DNA of 64,000 nt from an archaeon. GTDB taxonomy: Archaea > EX4484-52 > WAPT01. Shown piece after piece: positions 50,250 through 60,000 of this stretch. Under the pieces are notes generated by a model. The model did not search any database, was not told the DNA's origin, and saw only the letters and a list, made by a program, of their open reading frames with translations. The stretch spans positions 40,677-104,676 of the forward strand of contig JAPDKB010000009.1 of the NCBI GenBank assembly GCA_029258795.1. The letters run 5' to 3'. Position 1 is the stretch's first letter, and each line of letters begins with the position of its first letter. Both the position numbers and the translations under genes were made by a program.

Positions 50250-51281
50250 ATGAAAGGTGAAATAAAGTTTGGTATTGGCGTTGTGATGGCAGCGATTGCA
50301 CTAATTGCGGCGCTTTTTGTAAGCTTTAATCCAAATGTTGAAGCAGCATACAATGCTGAGAACAGCAGCTGGGACAACTCAACGGTGACTGTAAAGATTG
50401 GACCGATAACTATGATTGATGTCACACCAGAGAAGATGGACTTCGGAACAGCGATTCCGGGAGAAATAATCTCGGTGTATAACGTTACGGATACCACCAA
50501 TGATCTGGTGAATCTCACAGCATTCCAGATAGAGAACATAGGCTCCACCAACATCAGCAAGATATGGCTCAACGTCACTAAGCCACGTGAGAATCCATTC
50601 GGTACTGGTAATGCCAGCAAGTACAACCCGGGAAACTGGCTGGCAGTTAGCATACGATTCTATCCGGAGGGTTTGACAGTGCCCACTCAGGACATGAGCT
50701 ACATTCACAGAGTGGAGTTCAACACATCACAGGAGATAGTGTATCTGAAGAAGCCTCAGAATACCGTTTCATACGGAAGGTTCAGGGTCGGAAGCAATGA
50801 GTACTTCTGGGCGCTGACATCATCGGATGGCTCGTGCCCAACAACCACAGGTTCAACTCTGACATTCATCATAGGAAACTACAGCGAGCCGCACACACAG
50901 AATGACACCGGTGACATAGATTTAACAGATGGAGATGAGAGAATAATAACCCTAACGTTGAACACCGATGGATGGTTTGTTCCTGCAACAGGGAGCAGCG
51001 CGTTAGATTTCAATGGTGCCAATGAAAACTATATGGTCATAGTAAACGGAAGCTGTAATGAAGTGCACTTCGTTGCATGGGACAGGGACTTTGCGGAATC
51101 CGTTGCGAAGGCAGACGTGTCCAAACTACCAAACAACGCATCAGTGTTTGATGAAACAATAGCAGGTCAGCCTCTCTATCCAGGTCAGAGCATAGCAATG
51201 AACGTACAGCTCAGAATTCCATATGGAGTCCCAACGGCAAATTACATGGGCTACATGACGGTTGTGGCGTCAAGAGTTTAA
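50250..51281 (+). CDS. secreted pilin-like paralogue B1
   Basis: Same motif set; GGAGGTGA RBS. Confidence 0.75.
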   Translation: MKGEIKFGIGVVMAAIALIAALFVSFNPNVEAAYNAENSSWDNSTVTVKIGPITMIDVTPEKMDFGTAIPGEIISVYNVTDTTNDLVNLTAFQIENIGSTNISKIWLNVTKPRENPFGTGNASKYNPGNWLAVSIRFYPEGLTVPTQDMSYIHRVEFNTSQEIVYLKKPQNTVSYGRFRVGSNEYFWALTSSDGSCPTTTGSTLTFIIGNYSEPHTQNDTGDIDLTDGDERIITLTLNTDGWFVPATGSSALDFNGANENYMVIVNGSCNEVHFVAWDRDFAESVAKADVSKLPNNASVFDETIAGQPLYPGQSIAMNVQLRIPYGVPTANYMGYMTVVASRV

Positions 51282-51291
51282 GCTCGACATG

Positions 51292-51330
51292 AACGCCCTT
51301 TAATTTTTTAGGGCGTTTTACACCTTTTCT
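51292..51330 (+). terminator. hairpin plus T-rich tract after B1
   Basis: AACGCCCT/AGGGCGTT stem (51292-51317) followed by a pyrimidine-rich run. Confidence 0.55.
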
Positions 51331-51532
51331 TATTCCTAACTCTTTTTCTTGTTCTTAACAAATATACAAATCCGGTCATCTCACGATTACTCATTCTTAA
51401 GTAATCACAAAATCTTTATATACACCTTTTGCGTTTAAACATCATTAAATCGCAATATCTCGATATAGTGGTGTGTGTACATTTAAAAGTATCTCAGTAT
51501 CGAGCTCAAAAGTTATCGAGAGGAGGAGGTTT

Positions 51533-52588
51533 ATGGAAAAGGGGTTGGCTTTCGGGAGCATTTTGATTTTAATTGTGGTATTGGGGGTCGTTTCCGTTTT
51601 GCTGATTGCCCCACCTATCCATTCTTTATCTTATTCCGCTAACGATACCATAACCATCAACGTAAGTGTAAGGCAGGTAACGCTGGTTGACATAAATCCA
51701 TCGAATCTAACTTGGACTGATGTACCTCCAGGCGGTGTGGGAGATAGCAGCAAAGAAGCCCACAACTACAGTGGCATCTGGATTGAGAATATAGGCAGTG
51801 TGAATATAACAAAAGCTTGGCTTGCAAACACTTATTGGAATGATCCAACAAATAAGGGTCCTTTCGGAACCGGTAATGCTTCCCTTTACGACCCCGCAAA
51901 CATGGTTGTCGTATCTTTGAATGAGACGGATCCAAATCAACCCTTCCAGTTTATTAACAGGGTTGAATACCCCGATAGCAACAGGTACAGTGGAGACTTT
52001 TACATAAGGTTTGATTCAGGTGCTAAGTGGGGAAGATTCAGAAACACATCTTACGAGTACTTCTGGGAGGTGGTTCCCGGAGCTTCTGGAAACTGTTCGA
52101 ATGGAACTCTTGTCATCTCAACGGTACCGCACACTCAGCAACAAACAGGCACAGTCGATCTTACAACCTCTAATCCAGATTGTGTGAATCAACCAACCGG
52201 TTCAACCACTGCACCATGTAGGAAGGTAACATTAACCACTCTCAGCAGTTACAACGGAGACAATTCCACACTACCCTCCGGTGTTTATGGTGTTGCCGAA
52301 ATTTCTATAGGTCAGGGAGATCTCCCCAGATACTGCTTTGCAATAAAGGATGATTGCAACCTAGCAGTATTTGTTAAATGGAACGCCGATTTCGTCGAAG
52401 CTGCTAGAAAGGCGGGTGCGTGCACACTCAATCCATACCTTTTCGATGGCTCTTCCAATCCGGATCAGGTGCTGGTTCCGGGAGAAATATTCCATGCTTT
52501 CGTGCGCGTTTACGTACCATACGGTGTACCATACGGCACGATAGGCAGCGCAACTCCTAGACAGGTTAGAGTGTACGTGAGCGCGTAA
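51533..52588 (+). CDS. secreted pilin-like paralogue A2
   Basis: Start MEKGLAF after GGAGGAGG RBS (track start 51473); closest to A1. Confidence 0.75.
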   Translation: MEKGLAFGSILILIVVLGVVSVLLIAPPIHSLSYSANDTITINVSVRQVTLVDINPSNLTWTDVPPGGVGDSSKEAHNYSGIWIENIGSVNITKAWLANTYWNDPTNKGPFGTGNASLYDPANMVVVSLNETDPNQPFQFINRVEYPDSNRYSGDFYIRFDSGAKWGRFRNTSYEYFWEVVPGASGNCSNGTLVISTVPHTQQQTGTVDLTTSNPDCVNQPTGSTTAPCRKVTLTTLSSYNGDNSTLPSGVYGVAEISIGQGDLPRYCFAIKDDCNLAVFVKWNADFVEAARKAGACTLNPYLFDGSSNPDQVLVPGEIFHAFVRVYVPYGVPYGTIGSATPRQVRVYVSA

Positions 52589-52601
52589 TTAAGGTGAGGA
52601 G

Positions 52602-52829
52602 ATGACGAGCGGAACAAAAACGGTTGAAGAAGCTGTTATGGAAGTGCTTCGGAAAGCGAAAATGCCCATGACCACTTATCAAATTGCGAAGAAGGTTGGA
52701 GCGTCTTGGGGGTCTGTTAATACTGCGTGTTATAAGCTAAAGGATGCGGGACTGGTGGAGAAGGATGTTATAACTCCCCGTGTGGGAAGCGGGAAAAAAG
52801 TTGTGTGGTGGGCGAAGAAAAAATCATGA
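52602..52829 (+). CDS. small winged-helix DNA-binding protein
   Basis: PMTTYQIAKKVGASWGSV...L...GLV; GGTGAGG RBS. Confidence 0.75.
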   Translation: MTSGTKTVEEAVMEVLRKAKMPMTTYQIAKKVGASWGSVNTACYKLKDAGLVEKDVITPRVGSGKKVVWWAKKKS

Positions 52830-52851
52830 TCATCTCAAAAGGTGAGGATGT

Positions 52852-53778
52852 ATGAGTAGGAAGGGATTTAAGCTGGTGAGTGCCGCAACCTTGATGATTG
52901 CGGTGATTGCTGCGGCGTTCCTGTTGACGGGCACCAACAACCCTGCCGAAGCAGCGACAGTCAGCAATGCAAGTGTTACAGTAAACATAGGAGCCATAAC
53001 GATAGTAGATATAACTCCACAGGCAATGAATTTTGGAACAGCAAATCCGGGAAGCAGGTTGTACCAGTACACAGACCCCGACAACGGAATAACTCTGAGC
53101 CAGATCCAGATAGAGAATCTGGGTTCAACAACAATAAGTTCAATACACTTCAATGTAACGCAGCCATCAAGCGACCCGTTTGGTAGCGGGGCTGCATCTA
53201 ACTACAACACCGGAAACTGGCTGTTACTGAAGCACACTACAGACACATACTACGCATATGTGGACAGGGTGGAGTGGAACTCTTCATATCCTATAGTTTA
53301 CCTTGAACCAGGACTGCCAACTAACTCCAAAACCTACGGAAAGATCAGGATGGGTAACAGAGAGTACTTCTGGACCATAAACGGAAGCTCAGACTACTGT
53401 AACACAACAGGAAACACACTGGTAATAGGACAGACACCTCACAACGAGAGCCAGACCGGTACGATAAACCTCGAGAGCGGTGACATAGTGGTCGGAAGCA
53501 TTCAGGGAGTTGATGCGAACTGGGGTATCGTTGACGGCATAACAATTGAAGGTGTCAGCTACTGTGTTGCAGTATCTGCAGATTGTAGCACTCTGAGGAT
53601 TTACAAGTGGAACAAGGACGCTCCCGGAGCAGGATCGTGTTCCAGTTACAACGATTTCGCAACCAGCATAGCCCCGGGTGCTTCAGTGGTGGCCGACGTA
53701 GCATTATATGTGCCATACGGAGTTCCACAGGGTACTCCAACCACAGGTTACCTAACCGTGATAGCAGAAGCTGCGTAA
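52852..53778 (+). CDS. secreted pilin-like paralogue B2
   Basis: Same motif set; closest to B1. Confidence 0.75.
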   Translation: MSRKGFKLVSAATLMIAVIAAAFLLTGTNNPAEAATVSNASVTVNIGAITIVDITPQAMNFGTANPGSRLYQYTDPDNGITLSQIQIENLGSTTISSIHFNVTQPSSDPFGSGAASNYNTGNWLLLKHTTDTYYAYVDRVEWNSSYPIVYLEPGLPTNSKTYGKIRMGNREYFWTINGSSDYCNTTGNTLVIGQTPHNESQTGTINLESGDIVVGSIQGVDANWGIVDGITIEGVSYCVAVSADCSTLRIYKWNKDAPGAGSCSSYNDFATSIAPGASVVADVALYVPYGVPQGTPTTGYLTVIAEAA

Positions 53779-53856
53779 ATGACTTAAAGATTTAGGCACA
53801 GGACAAGATTGAGGCCATTTTATTTTTTGGCCTTCCTTTCCTTTAACTTTCACCAC

Positions 53857-53900
53857 ACATCATGGTCCCCCGTCTTCCTGAGGAGCAGGGCAGCTTTTCA
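53857..53900 (+). repeat. right arm of long-range inverted repeat (perfect core 53866-53887)
   Basis: TCCCCCGTCTTCCTGAGGAGCA. Confidence 0.92.
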
Positions 53901-53929
53901 AAGCTGCTCTGCTTCTCTTTAATTTTTCT
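53884..53929 (+). terminator. strong hairpin plus T-tract overlapping the right arm
   Basis: AGCAGGGCAGCTT/AAGCTGCTCTGCT stem (53884-53913) followed by a T-rich run. Confidence 0.6.
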
Positions 53930-54029
53930 GATTCTGATATAATGAGAGGTTAAGATGGCGTTATAATAATATTTAAATATTTTAACTCGACTCATTCTTA
54001 ATCAAGACAGCCTCTGTGGTCGTTGCGAA

Positions 54030-57000
54030 ATGGTTAGTGCCAGCAGGAAAGCAGTATCCGGTATCTTTTTTATTTTTTTGATATCCTTCTTAGGGTTTCT
54101 TCTCTGCTCTCAAAATTCCAGCTCTTATGCGGATAGCAATAAACTGCACATTCAGTCGATCGAGGAGGGAAACACATATTACAACATCACGGTTAAGGGG
54201 CAAGTAGGAGAGACGTTTAATCTGGTGATTACTTCTAAGAGCGACGGGAATACTGTATTTTCAAAGAAATCAATTATACCGGAATCCGGAAGCTATTCTT
54301 TCATAATTTCCAAAACACTTCTTAATGGTGGCGTTGATCAATACAATATGATTGTAACCCCCCTCCAGAAGAACCCTTTGGCTATCCAAACTTCAATTAA
54401 TGAAGAGAGCAAGAAAACCTTTACTAAAAAACCGAGAATAAGGATGGCTGATGCTTACTTAAGAAGTCTTGTTTCAGGTAAAGCTGCCAGAAGGGTAGAT
54501 ATTCCTTCTTTAGTCCTTGAAAATCCTGATTTTGCTGAGATATATGTGCTGGAAGCGGAAGTGGGAAAACCTGTTAAGGTTGCTGCTATTAGAAAATATG
54601 TTCCAAGTCGGAGTAAGAGTAACTCTGACCTATACACACTTGGAACAACCTCCGACTCAATGGAGGTTTTTGAGCTCCCTGCTCCTCAAAAGAAAGAATT
54701 TCCAATAAAGAGAAGCAGAAGAGGTGCAAAACAAGTGGTGATTTCTTATCCAGCACATCTCACCAATGTCAAAGCAAGCACAAGCGTTCCGGAAACACTC
54801 ATAGAGCCACGACTTTATCATGTGATCAACGGAAAATGGGTGGATGTTACTGAAAAGGAGAATGTCACGTTCATGGATACGGACAATGATGGCAGGTACG
54901 ATTACGTGGAATGGATTGTGCCCCACACTTCAGAACAGATTTATGTGGTGGGGGAAGGATCAGGAACTGGGAAAGAAAGCGTGAATGTAAGGAGGGATGT
55001 ACCTTCAGCTGTAGGGACGGGCAAAAACTTCACTGTCACGCTTGTGGTTTACAATGACGGAGACAAACCAGCTTACAATTTAACGATAAATGAAACATTA
55101 AGTAGCGCTGAAGTATGGATTGTGGCTGATTCTGGAGATGGAAGTGTGAGTGGAAACGTCATTAGCTTTTTCCTTGATGTGCTATACCCCGATGAAAGCC
55201 ACACGTTCCGTTATGTGATCACAGCTCCACAAACAGAATCCACACTGCAAATACACTATAACCTCACCTACAATAACGAGAGTGGGGCATTCTTCTCTCT
55301 CAGCGACCCAACACCGTCATCCATAATCTCCAAACAAAAATTCGGAAGGATCCAGATGCTAATGAAAGCTAATCAAACTATTATGAATGGCATTGCAACA
55401 AATTTCAGCGTTATTGTGGTGAATACTGGTAATGGAAAAGTACCAGCAAACACCAAAGTATGGGTTGATATACCCGAACAGTGGGATATGATTGATTATG
55501 GTTCAGCCATATACACAACAATTGTTTTCCCTCAAACCGTAACATCTGACGATCTTGAGCAGAGCTATTTTTACGGCAGGGCCATTGATGACAGGAAGGT
55601 AACGCTTTTCTATGATGATATGGAAAGCGGCTATGTTTTTTATGCTGACGGGACAAACTGTCAATCAGGAGATACATGTGCGAGAGGCTACGGAAAATTT
55701 GACGCATGTGATGATAACAACGGAGATTATATCTTCTGTACGGAGCCCTATGGTGTTAACGGCTCAAGAATGCTGAGAATGGTTGACTGGGACACCTGGG
55801 ATACTTCCAAGGGCTTGATGAAAACTGTTAACACAGCAGGATTCTCCAAGGTTTATTTAGATTTTTATGCTGTAGCCAATTCTCTTGACAGGAATAACGA
55901 GTACTGTCAAATTACGGTACAGGATTCAGACAGCATTGAAATAGCATACACCTTACCCAATAATGATGCTTGTGAGATAGGCACCACGACCCCAACTGAT
56001 TCTGACTGGGCAAATTGCCATCATGTTATTGATCTTACCAGAGTGCCGGGTTTAACGCTGGGAGGTGACATAACCGTCCATGTAGGCGCTGATGAATCTG
56101 GTCTGAGGGATTACTGCCACTATGACGAATTCAAAATAATAGGAGAGAAATTATCCCCAACGCGTGAGCAGAACACTACTATGAAATATTATACTGGTGT
56201 TCTGGACGGTTCTATGGATTATGTCCAGAACATAACGGTCACGGTGGAGATAAGTAAGTACGACCCAACAGGCTCAGTGTATGTTGGCAACAACCGGCCG
56301 GATGTCGAGCTTTACATTGATGACGGCACATCATATAAGCTTTTGGGAACTTTCAACTTACCTTCCTATTACGGGGGAAGTTCAAGCATCACACCAACTA
56401 ATTTCACCATTATCATAGATGATCCCGCAATTCTCTCAGTATGGAAAACAAACACCTCCGCAAGAAACATCGCGCTCAGAATCGTTGATCTGGATTATGA
56501 TACATCATCTTCCTCCTATGATGAGGTTAACCTGACCGGTATGTGGGTGCAACTCAATAGGGACGCCCAGCACACAATTAAAAAGCTGGAGTGGCAGCTG
56601 CCTGTGGACCTCAACGAAAGCTCAAATCACACGTTCTATTTTGTTGCAAAACCAAATCAGGCAGGACTTTATTCAATTAGCATCCATGCCAATCAGAGCT
56701 TCATGCCGAAAGTGCTCGTGGTTGATGATCAGGGAGGTAGTGACGCTGGAGACGGAAGCACTGCATCAGAATTTTCCTCACTCCTCACCCAGCTCGGTTA
56801 TGATGTAACTTTATGTACCTTGCCCGCTAACACGGATTTTGATTGCAGCGAGGGCTATACTCTAAGCTTGAGCTTCCTCCAGACCTTTGATGCTGTTGTC
56901 TGGAGCACCGGAGATTTGTATGGTGATACCATAGGCAACGGGGCTGGCAGTCAGGCAGAGCTGCTCTTGATTGATTACATCAACAACGGAGGAAGGTTGA

Positions 57001-60000
57001 TTCTGGAAGGTGGAGATATAGGATATGATAGAGGCAGCAGCGATCCGAACAACTTCATGAGCAACGTTGCTCATGCAACTTATGTTTCCGACATAACGAG
57101 CGATAATCCGGAAATTCTTGCAAAAGTCAGTGGTAATGAAAATCACCCCGTCATAGCGAACCTACCCTCTACAATTGAGGTGGCTGGAGGTACAGGATCG
57201 TATTATCCAGACAACGTCGATCCTGCCAACGGCGGCATAGCTTTGATGTACTGGCAAACTGATACAAGCAACGGTTTGATAGCTTATGACGGAATAAACG
57301 CAGGAAACAACGACAATGCAAGGGTTGTGTACATGGCCTTCAGTTTTGATGGGCTGGACAGCACGAATCAGGAAATACTGCTGAGGGATGCGATGAAATG
57401 GGTGACAAACATTTATGAGACGGGAGAGGTTGTTGATGAAAACGCATTTGTTAGGGTTTATGGAACGGAGGATGTATCTCTTACACTTGAAGCACCTTCC
57501 ACCATGAAGAGCAACAGCACAGCAATTGTGAATGTGAGCTTGAGTAACAATGGAGAGGAAAGTGTTGTGAAGCTCAATCTAATCATAAACATAACCAACG
57601 AGAGCTGCCCTTACCCGAACCCGGAGTATCAAAGGTTCAGGATAATTTCCGTAAATCAGGGAGATTTCAGGGAGTATGCTTATGATGATGTGAACAACGT
57701 AATCAACCTCAGCGGGCTGGAATTGCAGCCAGCTGAAAGCACAACAGTATCCTTTGAGCTAAGATCCCCAATCTGTTATTCCGAAGTTGTGTTCGGTGAT
57801 GCCGTGGTCGCTGAAGCGAAATACACGCCCGAGCACAACCTATCACTGACAAAGCAAACCAACATGAGCACAACCATAACCGTGCAGGCATTCAACAGGG
57901 GCCACATAAGTGCAAGCTTTGTGGAGAAGGAGATAAGCGTGAATGCTTCAACACTCATCCATCTAAGGTTGGTGAGCGATGGTGATGTGGACGTTACATC
58001 CATAGATTACGTTAACCTGACGCTACCGTTAAGCTATTCTGTTGATCCTGCCTCAATAAGCAACGGAGGAACCTACAACGCAACCACCCACACAATTGAG
58101 TGGCACAACCTTGGAAACCTCTCTCTCGGAAATTCCATAACACTTTACTTTATGGCCAACTCAAGTAGTGAGGGCACCTTCACAATGTACCCGTATGTAG
58201 TTTACAGTGATGCTGTCGGCAGCCAGACATCCACCAATGCGATCCAGCAGAAGGTCATAAAGCTACCTGTATCGCTCTCCCTGAATCCGAGCATCGTTAA
58301 GCCCGGAGGAACAACAACACTCACGGTTGTGGTGCTCAATTCCTACTCCTCTTCCATAACCTCGGTGAAAATAACTCCATCCATCCCTTCCAACTGGAGC
58401 ATATCCCCCTCACAAATTTCATACGATTCCATTCAGAGCGAGAATTCGGAAAGTGCCCAGTTCCTGGTTGAGGTTAGCGATAAGGTGGGCACATACCCAA
58501 TTAACATTGATGTAACCTATTATGACGTGAATAACGTGCTTGTAACAAGAAAGGAAAGTATAGATGTAGAGGTTGCCACGAGACCCGACATAAAAATAAT
58601 AAAGGAAGTTCCAAAAATACTGGGTGCAGGAAGCTCGGCAACAGTCCGCATATTTGTTTATAACGATGGCAATGATGTTGCCAGGAACGTCACTCTCAAG
58701 GAAAGTATAGATCCAAACCTGATTTCAGATGGCGGATCCGTTTCTAATTACGGAAGCGGAACATACAGTTCGGCTGACAGCACCATAACGTGGAGCTTGG
58801 GTGATATAGATGCTGGAGAATACGCATGGGTTAACTACACACTAACCAGCGGTTCAACCCAGTCGATCTACTGGATAAACACAACCGTAACATACCGCGA
58901 TGCCATGGATAACATCAAAAACACAACCAACTTAAAGCAGTTTTCCGTGAACGATTCAGCTGGCTTTGAGTTCAACATCGATTCCAACATAACCAGCATA
59001 CAGATCGATAGAGAGGGTAAGATAAGCGTAACGCTACAGTTCAATTACACGGTTAAGAACGTTGGAACGGTGGCAACCAAACCAAGGGTCCTCGTGGTTG
59101 ATGATCAGGGCGGAACTAATGGTGGAGACGGGAGTTCAGCATCAGAATTTTCCTCACTCCTCACCCAGCTCGGTTATGATGTAACTTTATGTACCTTGCC
59201 CGCTAACACGGATTTTGATTGCAGCGAGGGCTATACTCTAAGCTTGAGCTTCCTCCAGACCTTTGATGCTGTTGTCTGGAGCACCGGAGATTTGTATGGT
59301 GATACCATAGGCAACGGGGCTGGCAGTCAGGCAGAGCTGCTCTTGATTGATTACATCAACAACGGAGGAAGGTTGATTCTGGAAGGTGGAGATATAGGAT
59401 GGGATAGACGTACAAGCGATCCGAACAACTTCATGTTCAAGGTGGCACATGCAAAGTACATATCTGACATAAGCAACCAGAATCCTGAAACCCTTGCAAA
59501 GGTCACCGGAAACGAGAATCATCCTGTTATAGCTAATCTACCTGCAACTGTGGATGTGGCAGATGATCCGGGATCAACCTATCCAGACAACGTCGATCCT
59601 GCCAACGGCGGCATAGCCCTTATGTACTGGCAAACTGATACAAACAACGGTTTGATAGCCTATGACGGAATAAACGCAGGAAACAACGACAATGCAAGGG
59701 TTGTGTACATGGCCTTCAGCTTTGATGGACTTGATGCCACAAACCAAAATACACTTCTGAGGGATGCGATGAAATGGCTCACTGAAGACAAGTACAAAGT
59801 TGCAATTTCCCTGCCATCCAGTTTCAATGTTGAGGGCGGAGATTATGATAATGTGGTGGTATCAGGAGACAGAAAAATAGTTTACTGGTACTATTCGAAA
59901 AACGCTTCCTTCAGCCCCGGAGAGATGAAGAGCTTTGTTTTCAATGCAACAACAGATATGGAAGGATTTTTTGCATTCCAGCCGTTCATCAACACCTCCA

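Noticed and set aside
49234-53778. Type IV pilins or archaellins
   Set aside because: No class III signal peptide pattern with a retained hydrophobic N-terminal helix, and no PilB/PilC-like genes nearby.
49185-53910. Bulge-helix-bulge splice motif or transposon ends at the long-range inverted repeat
   Set aside because: I could not build a 3-4-3 BHB by eye, and found no transposase, recombinase or target-site duplication nearby.
56862-59522. Two near-identical 94-aa minus-strand ORFs that look like a duplicated gene
   Set aside because: Antisense reading of the internal repeat in the giant + strand CDS.
56715-59777. Diversity-generating retroelement TR/VR pair
   Set aside because: Differences are not adenine-specific, many are synonymous, both copies are in frame in one CDS, and no reverse transcriptase is in the window.
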